From assembly GCA_963782885.1 (NCBI GenBank), contig CAWALL010000037.1, positions 4,745 to 68,744 on the forward strand: a stretch of 64,000 nt of DNA. Reading direction: 5' to 3'. The translations under genes and the position numbers were made by a program. The notes under the pieces are model-generated. The model worked only from the letters and a program-made list of their open reading frames with translations. It was not told the origin of the DNA and made no database searches. The stretch is from an uncultured Alphaproteobacteria bacterium (lineage in GTDB: Bacteria > Pseudomonadota > Alphaproteobacteria > Geminicoccales > Geminicoccaceae). This document shows, piece by piece, positions 26,101-35,129 of the stretch (position 1 is its first letter; every line of letters begins with the position of its first letter).

Positions 26101-26726
26101 TCATGGCCCGCCGCCAGCTGCCGATCGTGCTCGCGCTGCTCGGCGCGGTGAGCGGCTGCACGAGCCTGCTGCCGAGCCCGCCGGCGCCCAGGCAGCTCTA
26201 CAGCCTGACCGCGCCGTCCGCGTTCCCGGGGCTCGGCTCGGCCAAGCAGCCCTGGACGCTGGTGGTCGACGACCCGGGTGCTGCGAGCGGGCTCGACAGC
26301 GACCGGATCGCGGTCCGCGAGACCCCGCTCCGGCTGCGCTACTACGCCGACGCCCGCTGGGTCGAGCCGGCGCCGGAGATGGTGCGCAAGCTGATCATCA
26401 GCGCGTTCGACAACGCGGGCCGGCTCCAGGGCGTCGGCCCGAGCAGCGTCAGCCTCAACCCCAAATACCGCCTGAGCACGCGCCTGGCCCAGTTCGAGGC
26501 GCTTTACCCGGACCGCGCCAAAGCGCCCGAGGTCCAGGTCAAGCTCGATGCGACCCTGACCCGGGAGCTCAGCCAGAACGTGGTCGCCTCGCAGACCTTC
26601 GCCGCCACCCGCCAGGCCGCCAGCGCCGCGGTCCCCGACGTCGTCGACGCCTACAACCGCGCCCTCGACGCCGTCCTCAAAGACCTCATCCCATGGACCC
26701 TCCATACCCCAACTACAACCTCCTGA
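26097..26726 (+). CDS. ABC-type transport auxiliary lipoprotein (DUF330/YmbA-like)
   Basis: Lipobox LLGAVSGC. ATG overlaps the MlaD stop (ATGA). This is the usual fourth gene of MCE-type operons. Confidence 0.75.
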   Translation: MIMARRQLPIVLALLGAVSGCTSLLPSPPAPRQLYSLTAPSAFPGLGSAKQPWTLVVDDPGAASGLDSDRIAVRETPLRLRYYADARWVEPAPEMVRKLIISAFDNAGRLQGVGPSSVSLNPKYRLSTRLAQFEALYPDRAKAPEVQVKLDATLTRELSQNVVASQTFAATRQAASAAVPDVVDAYNRALDAVLKDLIPWTLHTPTTTS

Positions 26727-26887
26727 GCGGACCGCACCCCCGGGCCGACCCACCCAGGCCCCTGCGACTACCAGGCCTGCGACTACGAGGCCGTCCTCGC
26801 GGCGGATCGATGCGGCACTCGATTCAGCAGATCAAGCGCATGATCCGCGCATCGACGGACCGATTTCAGCAGATGGCGCGGCCGCCT

Positions 26888-28033
26888 TCAGGTGTAGGGA
26901 TCGGCAGCATCGCGCAGACCATCGCCGAAGAAGTTGAAGGCAAGCACGACCAGGATGACCGGGACCACGGGCAGCATCAACCAAGGATAGAGCGCCACCA
27001 CGTTGATGTTCTGCGCCTCGGTCAGGAGCACGCCCCAGCTCGTGATCGGCGGGCGGAGGCCGAGGCCGAGGAAGGAGAGCGCGGTCTCGCCGAGAATCAT
27101 GGCCGGGATCGACAGCGTCGCCGAGGCGATCAGGTGGCTCATGAACGACGGCACCAGATGGCGGAGCACGATCCGGCGCGGGCGCGCGCCCATCAGCAGC
27201 GCCGCGATCGCGAAGTCCTCCTCGCGCAGCGCCAGGATCTTGGAGCGGACCGCGCGCGCGAGGCCGGTCCAGTCGATCAGCCCGAGGATGATCGTGATCC
27301 CGAAGTAGACCCAGAGCGGATCCCAGGTGATCGGCAGTGCGGCCGACAACGCCATCCACAGCGGCAGCTCGGGAAAGCACCGGATCACCTCGATCAGCCG
27401 TTGCACGAGGCTGTCGACCCAGCCGCCATAGTAGCCGGAAAGGCCCCCCAGGATGATACCCAAAGTGAAGCTGACGGAGATGCCGAGCAGGCCCACGGTG
27501 AGCGAGATCCGGGCGCCGTAGACGATCCGCGAGAACATGTCGCGGCCGAGCCGGTCGGTGCCGAGCAGGAACAGCGTGCCGCCCTCCATCGGGCAGACAA
27601 AATGGAAGCTCATCGGGATCTCACCCCAGAACTGATAGGACTCGCCGGCGCAGAAGAAGCGTAAGCGCTCAACCTTATCCATATCCGGCGTATATTCTCG
27701 CTTAAGATTTTCCATATTAAGCTTGAAAGTGAATCCATAGACATAGGGGCCGACAAGATTACCATCATGCCAAAGGTGAACCGGTTGAGGCGGAAAATGG
27801 ATGTAATCGGGATGGCGGGTATGCAGGTCGTAGGGTGCTATCCACTCGGAGATGAAGATCGAGCCGTACATGATGGCGAGCAGCCAGGCGGAGATTACGG
27901 CCAGCCGGTGGCGGCGAAACTTCCACCACATGAGCTGCCACTGGGACGCGGTGTAGAAGCGCTCCTGCTCCTCGGTCAGGCGCTCGGACTCGGCGGGGTC
28001 GAACGGCTCCGGGTTGACGTAATGGTGGCTCAT
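26888..28033 (-). CDS. Peptide/opine-type ABC transporter permease (DppC/YejE-like, long N-terminal extension)
   Basis: 381 aa with a BPD_transp_1 core (LGTDRLGRDMFSRIVYGARISL...AALLMGARPRRIVLRHLVP). Its start overlaps the stop of the upstream permease (ATGA). Confidence 0.85.
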   Translation of the reverse strand: MSHHYVNPEPFDPAESERLTEEQERFYTASQWQLMWWKFRRHRLAVISAWLLAIMYGSIFISEWIAPYDLHTRHPDYIHFPPQPVHLWHDGNLVGPYVYGFTFKLNMENLKREYTPDMDKVERLRFFCAGESYQFWGEIPMSFHFVCPMEGGTLFLLGTDRLGRDMFSRIVYGARISLTVGLLGISVSFTLGIILGGLSGYYGGWVDSLVQRLIEVIRCFPELPLWMALSAALPITWDPLWVYFGITIILGLIDWTGLARAVRSKILALREEDFAIAALLMGARPRRIVLRHLVPSFMSHLIASATLSIPAMILGETALSFLGLGLRPPITSWGVLLTEAQNINVVALYPWLMLPVVPVILVVLAFNFFGDGLRDAADPYT

Positions 28034-29070
28034 CGGCTCTGGCCGCCTTCAAAGCGGATGCGCGGATCGAGCACCGCGAGCGCCAAGTCGGAGACCAGGA
28101 TGCCGACCACGGTCAAAAGCGCCAGCAGCATCAGGAACGAGCCGGCGAGGTACATGTCCTGGGTCTGCAGCGCGCGCAGCAGCATCGGGCCGGTGGTCGG
28201 CAGCGAGAGCACGATCGAAACCACCGCGGCGCCCGAGATCACCGAGGGCAGAAGGGTGCCGATGTCGGCGATGAACGGATTGAGCGACATGCGCAGCGGA
28301 TATTTGCAGAGCGCCCGGAACGGCGGCAGGCCCTTGGCCTTGGCGGTGACCACGTAAGGCTTCTGCAGCTCGTCGAGCAGGTTGGCGCGCAATCGGCGGA
28401 TCATGCCGGCGGTGCCCGAGGTGCCGATCACGATCACCGGGACCCAAAGATGCGCGAGCACCGAGGCGAACTTGGCCCAGCTCATCGGCTGATCGAGATA
28501 CTCCGGCGCCATCAGACCGCCGATCGAGGTGCCGAACACCACGTTGGCGAAGTACAGCAGGACCAGGGCCAGCAGGAAGTTCGGGGTCGCGAGGCCGAGG
28601 AAGCCGATGAAGGTCAGCACGTGGTCGCTCGTGCTGTACTTGTGGGTCGCGGAGTAGACCCCGATCGGGAACGACATCACCCAGGTGAACAGGATCGTCG
28701 TGAACGAGACGATGAACGACAGTAACAGCCGGTCGCCGACCACGGCGCTGACCGGCAGGTCGTACTCGAACGAATAGCCGAAGTCGCCACGGAACAGGCC
28801 GCCCAGCCAGACCAGATACTGTTGCCACCAGGGTCGGTCGAGGCCGTAGATCTGGCGCAGGTACTCGATCTTCTCGCCCTGAATGCGCTCGCCCTGGGCC
28901 TGCAGCTCGGCGATATAGCTCGACAAATAGTCGCCGGGCGGCAGCTGGATGATCACGAACGTGATCAGGCTGATCGCGAGCAGCGTCGGCACCATGATCA
29001 GGAGACGATGGACCACATAGCGCAGCACGCCCCGCGCCTCCCCGTTCTGCCTCGCTATCCCTTGCGTCAT
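28030..29070 (-). CDS. Peptide/opine-type ABC transporter permease (DppB/YejB-like)
   Basis: Start placed at internal ATG 29070 (MTQGIARQ...). Typical N-terminus LRYVVHRLLIMVPTLLAISLITFVIIQLPPGD and the loop VVTAKAKGL. Confidence 0.85.
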   Translation of the reverse strand: MTQGIARQNGEARGVLRYVVHRLLIMVPTLLAISLITFVIIQLPPGDYLSSYIAELQAQGERIQGEKIEYLRQIYGLDRPWWQQYLVWLGGLFRGDFGYSFEYDLPVSAVVGDRLLLSFIVSFTTILFTWVMSFPIGVYSATHKYSTSDHVLTFIGFLGLATPNFLLALVLLYFANVVFGTSIGGLMAPEYLDQPMSWAKFASVLAHLWVPVIVIGTSGTAGMIRRLRANLLDELQKPYVVTAKAKGLPPFRALCKYPLRMSLNPFIADIGTLLPSVISGAAVVSIVLSLPTTGPMLLRALQTQDMYLAGSFLMLLALLTVVGILVSDLALAVLDPRIRFEGGQSR

Positions 29071-29167
29071 GCCGCCGCCGCGAGTGCTCGGCTTCGGCCG
29101 GCCTGACCAGACAGACCGTAGAAGCGTTCTCCGGCACAATGCAAGAGGGCGATTGGCGGCGGGCTCG

Positions 29168-30235
29168 CTACGGGCCGGGCCGGTCCTCGGCGGCCGCCCG
29201 GGCCGAAAGGCAGATCCCGAGCGCCGCGCGCCGGCAAAGCGCCACCGCTGGCCGACCGGTGGTCTTACAGCCGATCTCGGCCTCGAGCAGGCGGCCGAGG
29301 GCGGCGGCGGCCCGGGCCGCCGGCCAGCGCCGCAGCTCCGCCCGGACGCTGGGCTTGCGCCGGAAGTGGATCGGCGGCCGCGCCCGCTCGATCACCTGCT
29401 CGAGCGGCTCGCCCGCCTCGATCTGGAGCGCCAGCGCGTGCAGGCGGGTGACGTGATTGGCGAGGGCGCGCAGCAGGCGCACCGGGGACTCGCCTTCGCC
29501 GAGCAGACGGTCCAGACAGCGTTCGAGCTGGCTCGCCTCGCCGAGCGTGGCGGCATGGACCAGATCGTCGAGCTCCAACGCCGCGCTGTCGCCGACCATC
29601 AGCGCGGCCGCCTCCAGGGTCACCCGGCGGGCGGCCCGCGCGGGCTCCTCGGCGCCGGGCGCGAGGTAGAGCGCAAGCTTGGCGAGCTCGCTCCGCGTGA
29701 TGCCGCGATCAGCGCCCAGATGTTCGATCAGCCAGGCGCGGGCGTCGGGCTCGACCTGCAGCTCGTGCTCAATCAGAAGCTGGTCGATCAGAGCGCCCAG
29801 ATCGCGCCCTTCGTCGCGGTAGCAGGCGATCGCGGCAGCATTCGAAGCGCCTTCGATCAGGCGGCGCAGCGACGAACCGGACCCGAGCTCGCCGGCGTCG
29901 ATTACGACCAGCGCATCCAGGGTCCCGAGCCCGAGCAGGGCGCGGCAGGCCGCGGTCACCTGATCGCCCGCCTGGCGCAACCGGACCACCCGCCGGCCGC
30001 CCACCAGGCAGAGCGCCCGCGCCTCGTCGAGCAGCCGGCCGGGATCGGCCCGGACGACATCGGCGCCGAGCTCGGTCAGGCGAAACGGATCCTTGGGATC
30101 GTCGAGGACGGCGGCGAGCAGCCGCTCGACCCGCTCACGGACCAGGCCCTGGTCGGGCCCGTACACCAGCACCACCGGCTGGCCCTGCGAGGGCTGGCGA
30201 AGGAAACGCTCGAGCGGCTGGCCGCCTAGCTTCAC
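29168..30235 (-). CDS. holA: DNA polymerase III subunit delta
   Basis: GTG 30235 overlaps the lptE stop (GTGA). 355 aa beginning VKLGGQPLERFLRQPSQGQPVVLVYGPDQGLVRE, typical of HolA. Conserved leuS-lptE-holA order. Confidence 0.85.
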   Translation of the reverse strand: MKLGGQPLERFLRQPSQGQPVVLVYGPDQGLVRERVERLLAAVLDDPKDPFRLTELGADVVRADPGRLLDEARALCLVGGRRVVRLRQAGDQVTAACRALLGLGTLDALVVIDAGELGSGSSLRRLIEGASNAAAIACYRDEGRDLGALIDQLLIEHELQVEPDARAWLIEHLGADRGITRSELAKLALYLAPGAEEPARAARRVTLEAAALMVGDSAALELDDLVHAATLGEASQLERCLDRLLGEGESPVRLLRALANHVTRLHALALQIEAGEPLEQVIERARPPIHFRRKPSVRAELRRWPAARAAAALGRLLEAEIGCKTTGRPAVALCRRAALGICLSARAAAEDRPGP

Positions 30236-30750
30236 GTCGCCTCCGCCTGACGGACGAAGTGGATGGCGAGCTGGGTCTGGATGTCGTTGCCGACTTCGCG
30301 GGCGGCATTCTGCTCGGCGGCGAGCTCGGCGGCGAGCTCGGCGTAGGGATCCCGGATCGCGTTGTAGCTCGCGACCCGGCGCACGACCGAGTTGTAGACC
30401 ACCTGCTGGGTGGCCATGTCGATCAGACGAAAGCGCGCGGTCAGGGTCAGATTGAAGCGCGTGGCCGTGTTGTCGAGCTGGATCCCGAGGGCGGTGTTGC
30501 GGCGCTGCAGGTTGATCTGCAGCAGATAGCGGTTCGCGACCTCGGCGCCGCTCGGGTTGAGCTGGTCCAGCAGATTGTCGCGCACGAGATAGCCGACGCG
30601 GTCGCGCGGGGCCTTGACCTCGATCGCGGCCAGTTCGTTCTGCACGTCGGTGTTCTTGACCTGCCTGAGCATCGGCCGGAAGCCGCAGCCCCCGAGCGCG
30701 GCACCGAGTGCGGCGCCAAGCGCGAGGAGGACGCCCCGGCGGCTCGCCAT
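30232..30750 (-). CDS. lptE: LPS-assembly lipoprotein LptE
   Basis: 172 aa with lipobox ALGGCGF. Located immediately after leuS, as in most proteobacteria. Confidence 0.8.
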   Translation of the reverse strand: MASRRGVLLALGAALGAALGGCGFRPMLRQVKNTDVQNELAAIEVKAPRDRVGYLVRDNLLDQLNPSGAEVANRYLLQINLQRRNTALGIQLDNTATRFNLTLTARFRLIDMATQQVVYNSVVRRVASYNAIRDPYAELAAELAAEQNAAREVGNDIQTQLAIHFVRQAEAT

Positions 30751-30756
30751 GTTGGC

Positions 30757-33432
30757 TCAGACGACCAGATTGACGATCTTGTCGGGCACGACGATCACCC
30801 GCCGTGGCGCCTTGCCGCCGAGGCCGCGGACCACGTTGGGCTCGGCCAGCGCCGCCGCCTCGGCGGCCTGGCGGTCGCTGCCGGAAGGGAGCGCGATGGT
30901 CGCCCGGAGCTTGCCGTTGACCTGGACTGCGATCGTGACCCGGTCCTCGACCAGCCAGTCCCGGTTCGCCTCGGGCCAGGCGGTATCGGCCAGCGGCACC
31001 TCGTGGCCGAGGCGTTGCCAGAGCTCTTCGGCCAAGTGCGGGACCATCGGCCCGAGCAGCTGCACCAAGGTCTCGAGCCCCGCGCGCATCAGCGCCGGCG
31101 CGGCCGGATCCTCCGGATCGAACCCCTCGAGCCGGTTGGAGAGCTCGCGAATCAGGGCGACCGCCTTGTTGAAGTGAAAGCGGTCGAGCTCGTCGGTCAC
31201 CGCCTGGATGGTCCGGTGGAGCGCGCGCATGAGCTCGGTCGCGGGCGGCGAGAGCGGCTCCGGCGCGCGGGCCCCGCCCGGCGCGAGCTGTCCCAGCCGG
31301 TCCTCGATCAGGCGCCAGAGGCGGTTGAGATAGCGCCAGGCGCCGTCGATCCCGGCCTCGGTCCACTCCAGATCGCGCTCGGGCGGGCTGTCGGACAGCA
31401 TGAAGAGGCGCGCGGTATCGGCGCCATAGGCCTCGATAGTCGCGGTCGGATCGATCGTGTTGCGGCGCGACTTGCTCATCTTCTCGGAGCGGCCGACCAC
31501 GACTTCGCCGGAGATCTTCGCCGTATCCTGTGGCTCGCTCGCCGAAAGGTCCGCCGTGACGACAGCAGGACCCGCGGCGGTGAACTGATCCGGTGCCTGG
31601 ACGGTGCTAAGATGGCCTTTGATAACCCAACGGCCTGGCTCGATTTCCTCGACCTCGCTCGGCTCTAGCCAGCGGCCGCGGGCATCGCGGAAGGTCCGAT
31701 GGGTGACCATGCCCTGGGTGAACAGGCCGGCGAACGGCTCGTGGAACGACAGATAGCCGCAGCGCTTCAGGGCGCGGGTAAAGAAGCGTGAGTACAGCAG
31801 GTGCAGGACCGCGTGCTCGACGCCGCCGATGTACTGGTCGACCGGCATCCAGCGCTCGACCTCCTGTCGTTCGAAGGCGGTCGCGGCCTGCGGCGAGCAG
31901 AACCGGAGAAAATACCAGGAGCTTTCGACGAAGGTGTCGAACGTGTCGGTCTCGCGCTCGGCCGGCCGGCCGCAGCTCGGGCAGATCACGTGCTTCCAGG
32001 TCGGATGGCGCGCGAGCGGATTGCCCGGCTGCTTGAGCTCGACGTCCTCAGGCAAGGTCACCGGCAGCTGGTCGCACGGTACCGGCACGAGCCCACAGGC
32101 GTCGCAGTGGATGACCGGGATCGGACAACCCCAGTAGCGCTGGCGCGAGACGCCCCAGTCGCGCAGCCGGAAGGTGACCTCGCCGCGACCCAGGCCATGC
32201 GCCTCGATGTGCTCGATCACCCGCCGCTTGGCGCTCGCGACGTCGAGCCCATTCAGGAACTCCGAATTGATCAGGCGCCCGTCGCCGACGTAGGCCTCGG
32301 CGCCGATCGCGAAGGTCTGCGGGTCCACGCCCGGCGGCAGGACCACCGGCAGCACGGGACGGCCGTACTTGCGCGCGAACTCGAGGTCGCGCTGGTCGTG
32401 CGCGGGGCAGCCGAAGATCGCCCCGGTGCCGTACTCCATGAGCACGAAGTTGGCGACGTAGACCGGCAGCTCCTGGCTCGGGGCCAAGGGATTGCGGCAG
32501 CGCAGGCCAGTGTCGTAGCCCTGCTTCTCGGCCTGCTCGATCACCTCCTCGCTGGTGCCGAGGTGGGCGCATTCGGCGATGAAGGCAGCTAGACCCGGGT
32601 CGCGGCCGGCAAGCTCGACGCTCAGCGGGTGATCGGGTGCCAGCGCCATGAAGCTGGCGCCGAACAGCGTGTCCGGGCGGGTGGTGAAGACCTCGAGTTC
32701 ATCGTCCTGTCCGATGATCGGGAACTGGACCCGGGCACCCTCGGAGCGGCCGATCCATTTCTGCTGCATCAGCCGGACCTTGTCCGGCCAGCGCTCCAGC
32801 CGGTCGAGCGCCTCGAGCAACTCCTGGCTGTAGTCGGTGATCTTGAGGAACCATTGCGCGAGCTTGCGTCGCTCGACCGGCGCGCCCGAGCGCCAGCCGC
32901 GACCGTCAATCACCTGCTCGTTGGCGAGGACGGTCTGGTCGACCGGGTCCCAGTTGACCCAGGACTCCTTGCGCTCGACCAGCCCGGCCGCGAGGAAGTC
33001 GAGGAACATCGCCTGCTCGTGGCGATAGTAGTCGGGATCGCAGGTGGCGATCTCGCGTGACCAGTCGAGCGACAGGCCCATAGATTTGAGCTGCGCCCGC
33101 ATTTCCGCGATGTTGGCCCAGGTCCACCTAGCCGGGTGCACGCCCTTGGCGATCGCCGCGTTCTCGGCCGGCATGCCGAAGGCGTCCCAGCCCATCGGAT
33201 GGAGCACATCGTACCCCTGGGCCCGCTTCCAGCGGGCCACCACGTCGCCCAGCGTGTAATTGCGCACGTGGCCCATGTGGATGCGGCCCGACGGATAGGG
33301 AAACATCTCGAGCACATAGTATTTCGGGCGCTCGGAGGCCGAGGGGGTCCGGAACGTCGCGCGCTCGTCCCAGATCCGCTGCCACTTCGCCTCGGTGTCC
33401 TTGAACGGATAGCGCACCATCGAGCCGATCAC
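30757..33432 (-). CDS. leuS: Leucine--tRNA ligase
   Basis: HIGH-type motif [13 protein letters not shown] and KMSKS motif EKMSKSRRN. 891-aa ORF. The true start may be ATG 33420 (MVRYPF...). Confidence 0.97.
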   Translation of the reverse strand: MIGSMVRYPFKDTEAKWQRIWDERATFRTPSASERPKYYVLEMFPYPSGRIHMGHVRNYTLGDVVARWKRAQGYDVLHPMGWDAFGMPAENAAIAKGVHPARWTWANIAEMRAQLKSMGLSLDWSREIATCDPDYYRHEQAMFLDFLAAGLVERKESWVNWDPVDQTVLANEQVIDGRGWRSGAPVERRKLAQWFLKITDYSQELLEALDRLERWPDKVRLMQQKWIGRSEGARVQFPIIGQDDELEVFTTRPDTLFGASFMALAPDHPLSVELAGRDPGLAAFIAECAHLGTSEEVIEQAEKQGYDTGLRCRNPLAPSQELPVYVANFVLMEYGTGAIFGCPAHDQRDLEFARKYGRPVLPVVLPPGVDPQTFAIGAEAYVGDGRLINSEFLNGLDVASAKRRVIEHIEAHGLGRGEVTFRLRDWGVSRQRYWGCPIPVIHCDACGLVPVPCDQLPVTLPEDVELKQPGNPLARHPTWKHVICPSCGRPAERETDTFDTFVESSWYFLRFCSPQAATAFERQEVERWMPVDQYIGGVEHAVLHLLYSRFFTRALKRCGYLSFHEPFAGLFTQGMVTHRTFRDARGRWLEPSEVEEIEPGRWVIKGHLSTVQAPDQFTAAGPAVVTADLSASEPQDTAKISGEVVVGRSEKMSKSRRNTIDPTATIEAYGADTARLFMLSDSPPERDLEWTEAGIDGAWRYLNRLWRLIEDRLGQLAPGGARAPEPLSPPATELMRALHRTIQAVTDELDRFHFNKAVALIRELSNRLEGFDPEDPAAPALMRAGLETLVQLLGPMVPHLAEELWQRLGHEVPLADTAWPEANRDWLVEDRVTIAVQVNGKLRATIALPSGSDRQAAEAAALAEPNVVRGLGGKAPRRVIVVPDKIVNLVV

Positions 33433-33542
33433 CTCCGCTGGCCGAACCGCGGTGGTTTAGAAGAGCTGGCGGGGATTGCCTAGCAGAAAGCCGCCCGTCC
33501 GGGTCCCGTCGCTCCCGGGCAACCCGGATCAGGCGGCGAGGG

Positions 33543-34169
33543 CTAGCCTTCGGCGGTCCCGAGCGCGGCAATCCGCAGTTCGCGCGCCCGGGTCAGGATG
33601 CTGTTCTCGATGCCGGTCTTGGTCTCGGGATCGACCGCGGCGTCGGTCCAGCTGCCGCCGCCGTCGCTGGTCTGCCGGAACACCGCGACCTTGACGGCAT
33701 CCGCACGCAGCACGCGATCGAGAATATAGACGGTGAGCTTGAAGCGCTCGGTGGGGGTCTCCGGCGGCGCGTACCAGTCGGTAATGATCACGCCGCCGAA
33801 CGGATCGGCCTGGACGAGAGGCATGAAATCGATGGTCTCAAGCGACGCCCGCCAGAGATAGGCGTTGACGCCGATGCCCCCGCCAACGCCGCCGCCGCCG
33901 CCGTTGGCGTCCGGCTTGCGGTCGCCGCCGAACAGCGTGAAACCGTCGGCGCCGTGCACGGTGCCGTATTCGGCGCGGATGCGCTCCTGCGACGTGGTCG
34001 GCACCGCCGGGGTGGCGGGCCCCACGTCGGTACTGGTGCAGCCGACCACCGCGAGCGCCGCCAGACCACAGCCCAGCCACGAGACGCCGCACAACAGCGA
34101 TCGCCGCGGCCTCTCCGACCTGGCTGCGCCCGGCAGATCCAGCCTCCCCGGAGCCCGAGCCCGCAGCAT
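33543..34169 (-). CDS. DUF3576-domain lipoprotein
   Basis: Lipobox AVVGC and a Gly-rich linker. Conserved core NAYLWRASLETIDFMPLVQADPFGGVIITDWY...RFKLTVYI. Its ATG overlaps the stop of the upstream beta-barrel gene (TGATG). Confidence 0.75.
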   Translation of the reverse strand: MLRARAPGRLDLPGAARSERPRRSLLCGVSWLGCGLAALAVVGCTSTDVGPATPAVPTTSQERIRAEYGTVHGADGFTLFGGDRKPDANGGGGGVGGGIGVNAYLWRASLETIDFMPLVQADPFGGVIITDWYAPPETPTERFKLTVYILDRVLRADAVKVAVFRQTSDGGGSWTDAAVDPETKTGIENSILTRARELRIAALGTAEG

Positions 34170-34921
34170 CAGAAGTTGAGCCGGAGGCTGACCCGCCCCG
34201 CCGTGGCCGCATCGCCCTTCTTATCGTCGGCGTAGGCGACGTCGCCCTGCACGACCAGCCCCGGCGTCAAGGTCAGTCGGCTGCCGACCGTGAACACGCT
34301 GGTATCGACCGGGCTCTCCTCGCGGTCGACGACGCTGTAGCTCAGGTGGGTGTCGAGCGGCCCCAGACCGTAGGTCACGCCCGCGGTCATCCGGGAACCG
34401 TCCAGGCCCAAACCCATCAGCGCCGCATCCTGACCGTAGGTAGCATCGAACCGCAGGCTCGAGACCGCGAGCTCGCCGCCGACGACCAGCCCAGACTCGC
34501 CCGTGTCGGAGGTCGCCGAAGGATTGACCACGCCGGCGCCGGCCGCCAGATCGACCGCCCAGCCCGCGATCTCGGTGCCGCTCAGGCCGAGCAGCAAGCT
34601 GTGCATCTCGTTCGAGGCCGGCGCCGCCTCAGGGGTGGCGCTGCGCTGGTAGCCCGGCAGACGCTCGGCCCCGCTCAGGCCCAGGCCGCCAAACCGAGGG
34701 GTGAATGCGGTGAGCGCTGAACTGTCGCCTGACTCCAGGCGGATGGCGTAGCGGCCGTCCGTGGCGAGAGGCCCGACCAGGTCACGATGGACTGCCGACA
34801 AGGCCTGGTCCTGATAACCGCCCACACTAACATCGGACGCCGCCTCGACGGACCCGCCCCACATCGCCAGCGTCAAGCCGGCCATCACTACCGTTCCGCC
34901 GGTCCGAACCGCCTGCCACAT
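34169..34921 (-). CDS. Outer-membrane beta-barrel (porin-like) protein
   Basis: 250 aa with a signal peptide, alternating beta-strand pattern, and C-terminal ...RVSLRLNF ending in an aromatic residue. Confidence 0.55.
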   Translation of the reverse strand: MWQAVRTGGTVVMAGLTLAMWGGSVEAASDVSVGGYQDQALSAVHRDLVGPLATDGRYAIRLESGDSSALTAFTPRFGGLGLSGAERLPGYQRSATPEAAPASNEMHSLLLGLSGTEIAGWAVDLAAGAGVVNPSATSDTGESGLVVGGELAVSSLRFDATYGQDAALMGLGLDGSRMTAGVTYGLGPLDTHLSYSVVDREESPVDTSVFTVGSRLTLTPGLVVQGDVAYADDKKGDAATAGRVSLRLNF

Positions 34922-35057
34922 CCTCGCTTGCCGCTGTCCGTCGAAGGCGCTCTGCTCAGTTCTTCAACACATATTGCGCCGCCGCTGCGGCATTTTCAAG
35001 CACCAAGAGATGAATAAGTCGAGACCGGACCCAATGTGGCCGGTAGCTTGGCAACGA

Positions 35058-35092
35058 CGAAAAGGGGTGGCAGAGCCGTGCCCGCCACCCCT
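35058..35092 (-). terminator. Rho-independent terminator downstream of porin gene
   Basis: On the minus strand: GGGGTGGC (35091-35084), a 12-nt loop, GCCACCCC (35071-35064), then TTTT (35063-35060). Lies about 40 nt after the porin stop. Confidence 0.7.
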
Positions 35093-35129
35093 CGTCGAAA
35101 CCCGCCGCGGGTGCGCGGCCGGGGTGCGC

